Shown here: positions 46,840 through 54,939 of the stretch, piece by piece | Layout: every line of letters starts with the position of its first letter | Position numbering within the stretch: position 1 is the first letter of the stretch | NCBI GenBank assembly: GCA_022572465.1 | Contig: JACZVV010000002.1 | Coordinates: forward strand, 1-63,964 | Source: Chloroflexota bacterium | GTDB lineage: Bacteria; Chloroflexota; Dehalococcoidia; SHYB01 | Length of the DNA: 63,964 bases | Direction of reading: 5' to 3' | The notes under the pieces: generated by a model | What the model saw: the letters and a program-made list of their open reading frames with translations, nothing else | The model's database searches: none | What the model was told of the DNA's origin: nothing | Position numbers and translations under genes: made by a program

Positions 46840-47535
46840 TTAGGGGAAGGCGTCGTTGTACCCGACGTACCACTTGCTGTCGGTGACGCTCTTGTAGGCG
46901 GGCTTGATCTGGCCGTTGTGGAGCACGATCCAGGAGTAGGTCCCCTCGGTCCTGCCGTTGTCGTTCGTTGGGTCGTCGTCGGTATCGGTGTTGATCTCGG
47001 CAGCCGACTCGGGGAACTCCAGCAGGTACTCGCCCGTTTCGCCGCTCTGCGGGTGGGCGTCGCCGGACTCGTTCTGCTCGCCGCCCGAGCCCACGTTGTC
47101 CGACGGCTCGTTGACCAGGAGCCCGATCCATAGCGCCGCCTCTTCGATGTCGCTGTCGACGGCGTCGGCGCCCACGGGGGGGCCCGTCACGTGTTTCATG
47201 ACCTGGAAGTTGTCGCGGTCGGTGAAGTCGCCGTCTGTCAGGCTCGGGCTCAGCTCCACGTCGCCGACCTCGCCATCCTCGGTTGCGAACAGCCGCTTGT
47301 TACCGGTCAACCCCCAATTGAAGGTGACGTCCGGCCCCTTGTGCTTGTCGGTCTTGAACGCGTCCGACACCTGCTGGAGCTGCTTTTCGTCGGTCAGCAG
47401 CGCGCTTCTCTCACCCGAGCTAAGGAAGGTGAGGACGCTAGGGATGGCAACGGCGGCCAGCACGCCCAGGATCGCAATGGCGACGATAATCTCGATGAGG
47501 GTGAAACCCCTCTCTTGTCGCTTGAAATTGCGCAT
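46840..47535 (-). CDS. Type IV pilin (candidate major pilin), acidic, Cys-free
   Basis: MRNFKRQERG-FTLIEIIVAIAILGVLAAVAIPSV; 231 aa; own promoter candidate upstream and a strong terminator downstream. Confidence 0.85.
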   Translation of the reverse strand: MRNFKRQERGFTLIEIIVAIAILGVLAAVAIPSVLTFLSSGERSALLTDEKQLQQVSDAFKTDKHKGPDVTFNWGLTGNKRLFATEDGEVGDVELSPSLTDGDFTDRDNFQVMKHVTGPPVGADAVDSDIEEAALWIGLLVNEPSDNVGSGGEQNESGDAHPQSGETGEYLLEFPESAAEINTDTDDDPTNDNGRTEGTYSWIVLHNGQIKPAYKSVTDSKWYVGYNDAFP

Positions 47536-47692
47536 GGCTGCCCCATCCTTGTTGTCTTTAGCTTGCGTTTCGTTGGGTTTTCGGTCTGCTGGTTCGCCCG
47601 TTATGGGTGGCGGCGGACGGCGGGGCTGCCCGGCAGGGATTGGCTCTTCCGAGCTCCCCGCCGCCGTTCGCCATCTCGAGCAAACATGCTTT

Positions 47693-47721
47693 ATTTTACC
47701 GCAGTTTCAAACCTTTGTCAT
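47693..47721 (-). promoter_or_regulatory. Sigma-70-like promoter candidate (ATGACA-17-TAAAAT) for the 231-aa pilin
   Basis: Read on the minus strand in the 244-nt spacer between the two pilin genes; ~150-nt 5' UTR; AAGGA before the ATG. Confidence 0.4.
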
Positions 47722-47779
47722 GGATGCAGGCCAGCGACAGTGTGCACGGGGCAGCACCGCCGCCGGCCTCACTCAGCTC

Positions 47780-48445
47780 TTACTTGCCGTAGTCGGCGTC
47801 GTTCTTCAGCACGATGACGTTGTTGTTCTTGTCCACGTTCCAGACGAAGAAATCGTCGGCGCTGCCGTCGATGGCAAAGTCCACATGGATCTCGCAGGTC
47901 TCGCCGGCCGGGGTGCAACCGGTGATGGTAAGGTCCACTGTGTTGTTCCCGCCTTCCGTGATGTCGATGCTGTCCGGGGCCGTGAAGGTGCCGTGTTGCG
48001 GGGCACTCTTGATGAAGTCCGGCACCAGAAGGGCGGCGAAGTCAATGGAGCCGAAACAAGCGTCGATGGAAGCGTCGCGGCCCGCGCCGGCGCACGTCAC
48101 TTCCGTGCCGGCCGGTTTCAAGGACCCGTCGGATATGCCGGTGTCGTCGATGAAGATGATGATGATCCCGTCCCCATTGGTGTCGCCGCCTACGATGGCC
48201 GTGCCGGGGTTCGAGCTCTCAGAGACGGGGAAGGTGCCCGGGTTCACCGACTCGAACCGGGCCACGGCGGTGTCGGTGTTCTTCATGTCGCCGTCTTTAC
48301 CCGACGTACGGGCTTCGCCCGAGGTGCCGGTGACGGAAGCGGCGACGATGGTGGTCAGCAACGCAAGGATCGTGACCACAACGGTCATCTCCAGAAGGGT
48401 GAACCCCCTCTGGCTTCGAAAAAGCCTGCCTATCAGTTTTCGCAT
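47780..48445 (-). CDS. Type IV pilin with two Cys pairs
   Basis: ORF 47780..48469 (TTG); ATG 48445 follows GGGAGG and gives MRKLIGRLFRSQRG-FTLLEMTVVVTILALLTTIVAA. Cys pairs: VTCAGAGRDASIDAC and GCTPAGETC. Confidence 0.8.
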   Translation of the reverse strand: MRKLIGRLFRSQRGFTLLEMTVVVTILALLTTIVAASVTGTSGEARTSGKDGDMKNTDTAVARFESVNPGTFPVSESSNPGTAIVGGDTNGDGIIIIFIDDTGISDGSLKPAGTEVTCAGAGRDASIDACFGSIDFAALLVPDFIKSAPQHGTFTAPDSIDITEGGNNTVDLTITGCTPAGETCEIHVDFAIDGSADDFFVWNVDKNNNVIVLKNDADYGK

Positions 48446-48748
48446 CGATTGCCTCCCATTCGCAATCAACTTGGGGCGATCTGCTCGCCCGATGTCCTCC
48501 GGCTACGCTATTGCTTGAGTGCTCACGTTACATCTTCACCTCCGGCCAAGGGGTAATGAGCCGCATTTGATGTCCAGTATGCCCCCCGTGCCGGTCGTGC
48601 ACATCCCCCATACGGGTGATTTTTGGGAGTAGCCGATGATTAGCCCGGATCAGGGGAAAACCCCCAATGGGCGGCGCGGTTGCATTCTTGCGCGGCTGCG
48701 GGCATACTGCAACCATCGGTCAAACGCTTTCGATGAAGGGAGACGCTC

Positions 48749-49912
48749 ATGCTGGACATTCCGACGAAACCGTACGGAACGTTGGACCTGATCTCGGTCG
48801 ACGATCACATCATCGAGCCGGGCCACGTTTGGACCTCCCGCGCGCCTTCGAAACTGAAGGACCGGGCGCCCAAAGTGGTGGTCTCCGACGATGGGACCGA
48901 GATGTGGAAGGTGGAGGACCGGCTCAGCCCGAACGTCGGTCTGTCCACCATGGCCGGGCGATCGTACGAGGAGTTTACAATCAAGGCCCAGAATTTCAAG
49001 GACATGCGCCCGGGATGCTACGACGCCAAGGAGCGGATCAAGGACCTGGACCTGGATGGCGTCAAGGTGTCGTTCTGTTTTCCGGCGGTGCCGGGGCTGG
49101 GCGGCGAGTCGTTCATGAACATCAAGGACGTCGAGCTTCGCGACTGGGCGATCTCGGCCTACAACGACTACCTGATCGACGAGTTCCAGCCGGTGGCGCC
49201 GGGCCGGCTCATGGGGCTGGGGATCCTGCCGCTGACGGAGCCGGAGAAGGCCGTCGCCGAGATGCGCCGCATCGCGAAGCTGGGCGTCAAGGGGCTTTCG
49301 ATACCTTTCTGGTTCCACGAATCGGTGGAGGGCGCGAAGCCGCTGGTCGACTCGGTCTACGATCCGATCTGGACGGCGTGCGAAGAGCTGGACATGCCGA
49401 TCAACCTGCACATCGCGGCGGGACGCGGCGCCGGCGGCATGAGCGCGCTCTCCAGCGGCATTCCCGGCATGGCCGAGGCGTTCGTCACGGCGGCGCCGCT
49501 GACCAACTTCGACATCCTGAGCCAGATCATCTGGACGGGCATGCTGGACCGGCATCCCAAGCTGAAGGTCATCTCCAGCGAGGGCGGCATCGGCTGGGTG
49601 CCCTACTTCCTCGAGCGCAGCGACTACACCTACGAGAAGCACCGGTACTGGACGCACTCGTCGCTCAAGCAGAAGCCATCGGAGTTCTTCCACCGCCAGT
49701 GCTACGTCTGCTTCATCCACGACGAGGCCGGCGTCTTCGCGCGGCACCTCATCGGCGTCGACAACATGATGTGGGAGTCCGACTACCCGCACACCGACAC
49801 CACCTGGCCGAACAGCCACGACTGGGTGGAGAAGTCGATGCCGGGGATCCCCGCCGATGAGCGCCAGAAGATCACCTACGGCAACGCGACGCGGGTCTAC
49901 AACCTGAACTGA
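48749..49912 (+). CDS. Amidohydrolase-2 (ACMSD-like metal-dependent hydrolase/decarboxylase) family
   Basis: ISVDDHIIEPGHVW N-terminus and WESDYPHTDTTWPNS C-terminal block; AAGGGAG RBS; 387 aa. Confidence 0.8.
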   Translation: MLDIPTKPYGTLDLISVDDHIIEPGHVWTSRAPSKLKDRAPKVVVSDDGTEMWKVEDRLSPNVGLSTMAGRSYEEFTIKAQNFKDMRPGCYDAKERIKDLDLDGVKVSFCFPAVPGLGGESFMNIKDVELRDWAISAYNDYLIDEFQPVAPGRLMGLGILPLTEPEKAVAEMRRIAKLGVKGLSIPFWFHESVEGAKPLVDSVYDPIWTACEELDMPINLHIAAGRGAGGMSALSSGIPGMAEAFVTAAPLTNFDILSQIIWTGMLDRHPKLKVISSEGGIGWVPYFLERSDYTYEKHRYWTHSSLKQKPSEFFHRQCYVCFIHDEAGVFARHLIGVDNMMWESDYPHTDTTWPNSHDWVEKSMPGIPADERQKITYGNATRVYNLN

Positions 49913-49939
49913 CGCAAACAGCCTTTTGCTCGCATGGTA

Positions 49940-49970
49940 GGGGCGTCCCGATCCGATATCGGGACGCCCC
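49940..49970 (+). terminator. GC-rich hairpin downstream of the amidohydrolase gene
   Basis: GGGGCGTCCCGAT-CCGAT-ATCGGGACGCCCC (13-bp arms) about 28 nt after the stop; weak T-tract (TGCGTTT). Confidence 0.45.
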
Positions 49971-50078
49971 TGCGTTTAGATCAGTCCTTGCTTCAGGGAC
50001 GGCGCGACGGTATGATAGCCCAAACGCCGGGCCGCCCTCTTCGAGAGGGGCGCCAGAGGCGTTAGGCAGGGGTGTTCC

Positions 50079-52094
50079 GTGCGCCAGTACCGCTACTCGT
50101 TCTGGGATGGCACGCAAGAGCCGTTCGACCTTCACCCGGACGAGGTGATGGACGAGCTCGCCGACGACCTGTTTAACGACAGCAGCGTCATGCGCGCGCT
50201 CCAGCGCCTGATGCAACGCGGGATGACCAACCAGGCCGGTCAGCGCACCAAGGGCATTCGCGATCTTCTGGAGCAGCTGAAACAGCGGCGCCGGCAGGAG
50301 ATGGAGCGGTACGACCTCGGCTCGGTCCTCAACGACATCAAAGAGCGGCTGCAAGACATCGTCGATACGGAGCGGGAAGGGATCGACCGGCGGCTTCAGG
50401 AGGCGCGTCAGCGGGTGGCGCAAGATCCGTCGCAGGCGTCGCTGCTGCAAACGGTGCAGAACCTGGCCGACCGCCGCCGCGACACGCTGGACCAGCTCCC
50501 CGACGACCCGGCGGGCCAGATCAAACAGCTGAGCGACTACGACTTCATGGACGCCGAGGCGCGGCAGAAGTTTCAGGAGCTCATGGACGAGCTCAAGCAG
50601 AAGATGATGGAGCAGTACTTCAAGGACATGCAGAGCTCGCTCCAGGGGATGACGCCGGAGCAGATGCAGGGCATGAAGCAGATGCTCAAGGACCTGAACC
50701 AGATGCTGGACCAGCACTCGCGGGGTCAGCTGAGCGACGAGCAGTTCCAGCAGTTCATGCAGCGGTACGGCGAGATGTTCGGGCCCAATCAGCCGGCGAA
50801 CATGGAAGAGCTGATGGAGCAGATTCAGGAGCGGATGGCCCAGGCGCAGTCGCTGCTGGACAGCATGCCCGAGGAGACGCGGCAGCAGCTCCAGGACCTG
50901 ATGGCATCACTGATGGACGACGAGATGCGGCAAGAGCTGGGCATGCTCGCCGCGATGATGGACGACATGTACCCGCCGGACGAGCTCAGCCGGCAGTACC
51001 CTTTCAGCGGCCAGGAAGAGATCTCGCTGGACGAGGCCATGCGGGTCATGGACCAGCTTCAGCAGATGGAGAATCTCGAGGCCCAGCTGAAAGACATCCG
51101 AACGCCGGACGACCTGGAGCGAGTCGACGAGGAGAAGCTGGCGGAGCTTCTGGGCGAGGAGGCCAAGCGGACGTGGGAAGAGCTGAAGAAGCTGATGAAA
51201 CGCCTGGAGGAGGCCGGATACATCCGGCGCAAGGGCGACAGGCTGGAGCTGACGCCTCGGGGCATTCGTAAGATCGGCCAGAAGGCCGTCCGCGATATCT
51301 TCGCCCAGCTCAAGAAGGACCGCATTGGGAGCCACGAGACGAGATACCGGGGCATGGGCGGCGAGAACACGGGCGAGACCAAGCCCTGGGAGTTCGGCGA
51401 CGATTTCGCCGTCGACCTGCAAAAGTCGCTGATGAATACGGTGCGGCGGGAGGGCGTGGGGACTCCGCTGCGCATGCGGGTGGATGACTTCGAGGTCGAG
51501 CGGGTGGAGCACCGCACGGAGGCGGCGACGTGCCTGCTGCTTGACCGCAGCCGGTCGATGGGCTACTACGGCAACTTCACGGCGGCTAAGAAGGTCGCCA
51601 TCGCGCTCCACTCCCTCATCAGCAGCCAGTATCCCCGAGACGCCCTCTACATCATCGGGTTCTCCGACGTCGCGGTGGAGTTCAAAGGCGAAGATCTGCC
51701 GGAGCTGAGCTGGGACACCGGAATTTCGGGCACCAACATGCACCACGCGTTCATGATGTCGCGCAAGCTTCTGGCCAAGCACAAGGGCTGCACTCGTCAG
51801 ATCATCATGGTGACCGACGGCGAGCCTACGGCCCACCTGGACCACGGCGTGCCTTACTTCAGCTATCCGCCTTCGCCGCAGACCATCCGCGAGACGCTGA
51901 AGGAGGGCCGGCGGTGCGCCCAGGAAGGGATCGTCATCAACACTTTCATGCTGGAGAACAGCTATCCGCTGATCGATTTCATCAACCTCTTGTCGCGGGT
52001 CAACCGCGGCCGGGCCTTCTACGCCTCGCCCGACAAGCTCGGTGAATACGTATTGGTCGACTTCCTGAACAACCGCCGGACTCGAGTCGCGTAG
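50079..52094 (+). CDS. von Willebrand factor A (VWA) domain protein with a long Gln/Glu/Met-rich coiled-coil region
   Basis: GTG start. MIDAS DxSxS motif in CLLLDRSRSMG, later MVTDGEPTA. The N-terminal 350 aa are heptad-like (QQLQDLMASLMDDEMRQELGML...). Confidence 0.75.
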   Translation: MRQYRYSFWDGTQEPFDLHPDEVMDELADDLFNDSSVMRALQRLMQRGMTNQAGQRTKGIRDLLEQLKQRRRQEMERYDLGSVLNDIKERLQDIVDTEREGIDRRLQEARQRVAQDPSQASLLQTVQNLADRRRDTLDQLPDDPAGQIKQLSDYDFMDAEARQKFQELMDELKQKMMEQYFKDMQSSLQGMTPEQMQGMKQMLKDLNQMLDQHSRGQLSDEQFQQFMQRYGEMFGPNQPANMEELMEQIQERMAQAQSLLDSMPEETRQQLQDLMASLMDDEMRQELGMLAAMMDDMYPPDELSRQYPFSGQEEISLDEAMRVMDQLQQMENLEAQLKDIRTPDDLERVDEEKLAELLGEEAKRTWEELKKLMKRLEEAGYIRRKGDRLELTPRGIRKIGQKAVRDIFAQLKKDRIGSHETRYRGMGGENTGETKPWEFGDDFAVDLQKSLMNTVRREGVGTPLRMRVDDFEVERVEHRTEAATCLLLDRSRSMGYYGNFTAAKKVAIALHSLISSQYPRDALYIIGFSDVAVEFKGEDLPELSWDTGISGTNMHHAFMMSRKLLAKHKGCTRQIIMVTDGEPTAHLDHGVPYFSYPPSPQTIRETLKEGRRCAQEGIVINTFMLENSYPLIDFINLLSRVNRGRAFYASPDKLGEYVLVDFLNNRRTRVA

Positions 52095-52351
52095 CCGACG
52101 CCCGCGAGCCTGCCGATCCGATCGGCGCGCAGTGGTCGCAATCTCCGTATCCCGTATCCCGTCTACCGCGGCGGCCGGCCCACGCTTGAAACCCGACCAG
52201 GGTTCGGTCCCTTCCAGACAGATGCCTCCGGCGATCGCGGAGCGTCTCGCCGCGAGAAATAATCCGCCGGAGGCTGCGCCGCCGCGCCGGTGTTGCTATA
52301 ATCGTGCGGCAAAACGCCACAGCGCGCCGCGCTAACGGACAGGGAGGGATC

Positions 52352-53449
52352 ATGACCAAGTTCAACGTCATCTCCGCCGATTCGCACGTCGTCGAGCCGG
52401 GAGACCTCTGGACGAAGTACATGGAGCCGGCGTTCAAGGAGCGGGCGCCGTACTGCGTGCGGGAGGGCGAGAACGACGTCTTCAAGGCTGAAGGCGTCTC
52501 CCTGATCCAGGTCGCGGCGGTCTCCGGGGCAGGCCGGCCCAGCGATCAGCTCAAGAGCATGGGCAGCTACGAGAAGGACTCGCGCCCGGGGGCATGGGAC
52601 CCCAACGCTCGAATCGAGGACATGGAGGCCGACGGCGTCGAGGCCGAGGTGATCTACCCATCGGTGGCGCTGCGGATGTTCGGCATCTCCGACCTGCCCT
52701 ACCAGCTCGCTTGCTTCCGGGCCTACAACAGCTGGCTGGCCGACTTCGTGAAGGTCCACCCCGACCTGTTCAGGGGCATCGGCCTGGTGCCCATCGACGA
52801 CATCGAGGCGGCGGTCACCGAGCTGCATCGGTGCAAGGAGATCGGCCTCGGCGGCATCTCCGTCACCGTGAACCCGACGGAGGGACTCCATTACGACAAC
52901 CCCGTGTACTATCCCCTGTGGGCCGCGGCCGAGTCCAACGACATGCCCGTCAGCCTCCACATTCTCACCGAGCGGAGGTTCAAGCTCAAGACGGGTCTGG
53001 ATAGCCTCGTGGGGCAGGTGCTGGACCCCGGGGCCATCCAGGAGTGCTTGACTCGAATGATCTTCTCGGGCGTGTTCGTGAAATACCCCGGCTTGAAAGT
53101 CGTCTCGGCCGAGAACGACATCGGGTGGGCCGGCTACTTCGTCGAACGCATGGACTACCTGTTCGACCGGCGCCGCGCGTTCCAAAAGTGGGTCATTCCT
53201 CAGGAGACCAACCCCAGCGAGTACGTCAAGCGCAACTGCTTCCTCACGTTTATGCGCGACCGAGCGGGGATCCTGGTGCGCGACATCATCGGGGTGGACA
53301 ACATCATGTGGTCGTCGGACTACCCGCATCTCGACAGCACCTGGCCCAACTCACAGAAGATGATCGAGTACCTGTGTGGCGACATCCCGGCGGAGGACCG
53401 CCGTAAGATCGTCGCCGAGAACGCCGCTCGCCTCTACGGCTTCGACTAG
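52352..53449 (+). CDS. Amidohydrolase-2 family, paralog of 48749..49912
   Basis: M17 of ORF 52304..53449, preceded by AGGGAGGG. ISADSHVVEPGDLW and WSSDYPHLDSTWPNS blocks. Confidence 0.8.
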   Translation: MTKFNVISADSHVVEPGDLWTKYMEPAFKERAPYCVREGENDVFKAEGVSLIQVAAVSGAGRPSDQLKSMGSYEKDSRPGAWDPNARIEDMEADGVEAEVIYPSVALRMFGISDLPYQLACFRAYNSWLADFVKVHPDLFRGIGLVPIDDIEAAVTELHRCKEIGLGGISVTVNPTEGLHYDNPVYYPLWAAAESNDMPVSLHILTERRFKLKTGLDSLVGQVLDPGAIQECLTRMIFSGVFVKYPGLKVVSAENDIGWAGYFVERMDYLFDRRRAFQKWVIPQETNPSEYVKRNCFLTFMRDRAGILVRDIIGVDNIMWSSDYPHLDSTWPNSQKMIEYLCGDIPAEDRRKIVAENAARLYGFD

Positions 53450-53549
53450 ACGGGCGCGACGTCGAACGACCCTTCCACCCCTGAGCCGTTGGGGGAGTCG
53501 TTTGACCCCATGGGCGGCTTGCCCGGGTAAAGGACGGCTGTAGACGGCT

Positions 53550-54020
53550 ATGAGAGTCTCGCGTCATCGGACGATAGCCGCCGCCACCGATCAGGTCTGG
53601 CGGGTGATCGATTCCGTGGACCGCATCCCTGAATGGTCCAGCGGCGTGGAGTCGGCCTCGCACCTCTCGGGCCCCGAGAGAGGCCTGGGCCGAAAGCAGC
53701 GGCTGGTCCGGATTCTGTACACGCACGAGCTGGAGGTCGAGCAGGAGGTCGTCGTCTGGGAGCCGGGGCGCATCCTGGCGCTGGGACACCTGCGGGAGTC
53801 CGTGGACGGCCGCGAGACGAGCGGCGTCAGGAACTTCATCACCACTATCAGCATCACCGCCGAGGGCGGTGGGAGCCGCGTTGGACTGGAGTATCGATGG
53901 GACGCCGGGTTCGGCATCGCGTGGGTCCAGAGCAAGTTGATGGCCGGCCGCGTCATGGGCAAAGAGATCATCCAGACGTTGAAGAACATCGAACGGCTGG
54001 CGACTGAACGGGACTCGTAG
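53550..54020 (+). CDS. SRPBCC (START/polyketide-cyclase-like) family protein
   Basis: 156 aa; ATDQVWRVIDSVDRIPEWSSGVES is typical of the SRPBCC N-terminal strand-helix. Confidence 0.6.
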   Translation: MRVSRHRTIAAATDQVWRVIDSVDRIPEWSSGVESASHLSGPERGLGRKQRLVRILYTHELEVEQEVVVWEPGRILALGHLRESVDGRETSGVRNFITTISITAEGGGSRVGLEYRWDAGFGIAWVQSKLMAGRVMGKEIIQTLKNIERLATERDS

Positions 54021-54048
54021 GGCGGACCGGGAGTAGAGCCGCCTGAAC

Positions 54049-54099
54049 GCCGGCCTCTCCCGAACGCCTGCCCCTCCCGAACTCCGGCCCCGCCCGAAC
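54049..54099 (+). repeat. Three tandem 17-nt C-rich repeats ending in CCCGAAC (a fourth degenerate unit lies upstream)
   Basis: GCCGGCCTCTCCCGAAC / GCCTGCCCCTCCCGAAC / TCCGGCCCCGCCCGAAC, ending 20 nt before the -35 candidate. Confidence 0.75.
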
Positions 54100-54118
54100 A
54101 CAGAGTCGCCGGCCGCGC

Positions 54119-54146
54119 TTGATTCCCCGCCCCCTGTCGCTATACT
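54119..54146 (+). promoter_or_regulatory. Sigma-70-like promoter candidate (TTGATT-16-TATACT)
   Basis: About 43 nt upstream of ATG 54189; AAGGAGGGG RBS follows. Confidence 0.4.
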
Positions 54147-54188
54147 GGGCGATGACGTTTTCCACCCTCGAAAGGAGGGGCACTCCTC

Positions 54189-54896
54189 ATGCCCTTTGAC
54201 GCAATCGTGGCGGTGGCGCGGAAAGAGAAGCGGTTGATGCTGACCGAGGTCGAGGCCAAGCAGGCGCTCAAAGAGGCCGGCATCGACGTCGTGGACACTC
54301 GCCTGGCCAAGGACAAGGCCGAGGCCCAGCGGATAGCCAGAGAGATCGGATACCCCGTGGTGCTGAAGATCGTGTCGCCGGACATCATCCACAAGAGCGA
54401 CATCGGCGGCGTGAAGGTGGGCCTGGCGGACGAAGCCGCCGTCAGCACCGCCTTCGACGAGATCATGGCGGCAACCAAGAAGGCCAACGCCAAGGCCAAC
54501 GTCCACGGCGTCGCCGTTCAAGCCATGGCCAAGCAGGGCACCGAGGTGATCCTGGGCATGTCCAAGGACCCGCAGTTCGGGCCGGTGCTCATGTTCGGCC
54601 TGGGCGGCGTGCTGGTCGAGGTGCTGAAGGACGTGGCGTTCCGCATCGTGCCGCTGACCCCCAGGGATGCCGGCCAGATGGTGCGCGAGATCAAGGGCTA
54701 TCCGGTGCTGGAGGGCTATCGCGGCCAGGACCCGGCGGACGTCGCGCGGCTGGAGCAGGCGATTCTGACACTGTCGGAGTTCGTTGAGGGCCACCCCGAG
54801 ATCAAGGAGCTGGACATGAACCCCATCTTCGCCTACAAGGACGGGATCGCCGCGGTGGACGCCCGTATCGTGCTGGAGGACGAAGCGGCGTCGTAA
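54189..54896 (+). CDS. ADP-forming acyl-CoA synthetase, beta (ATP-grasp) subunit
   Basis: EAKQALKEAGIDVVDTRLAKDKAEAQRIAREIGYPVVLKIVSPDIIHKSDIGGVKVGL is the typical ATP-grasp_5 / acetate--CoA ligase (ADP-forming) block. Confidence 0.75.
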   Translation: MPFDAIVAVARKEKRLMLTEVEAKQALKEAGIDVVDTRLAKDKAEAQRIAREIGYPVVLKIVSPDIIHKSDIGGVKVGLADEAAVSTAFDEIMAATKKANAKANVHGVAVQAMAKQGTEVILGMSKDPQFGPVLMFGLGGVLVEVLKDVAFRIVPLTPRDAGQMVREIKGYPVLEGYRGQDPADVARLEQAILTLSEFVEGHPEIKELDMNPIFAYKDGIAAVDARIVLEDEAAS

Positions 54897-54939
54897 CGCC
54901 CGCCTGGGAACCAAGGCCACTCCGAGAGAGAGGACCCCG

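Noticed and set aside
48574-48592. Possible sigma-54 promoter (GGCACG-N5-GCAT on the minus strand) upstream of the first pilin gene.
   Set aside because: The GG-to-GC spacing is 10 nt rather than the canonical 12 (TGGCACG-N4-TTGCW), and the TTGC is missing. I found no convincing promoter for this pilin by eye.
48528-48716. 62-aa minus-strand ORF in the pilin/amidohydrolase divergent spacer.
   Set aside because: It has no RBS and no recognisable features, and it overlaps the promoter candidate (TTGCAT-17-CATACT, 48680-48708) of the amidohydrolase gene.
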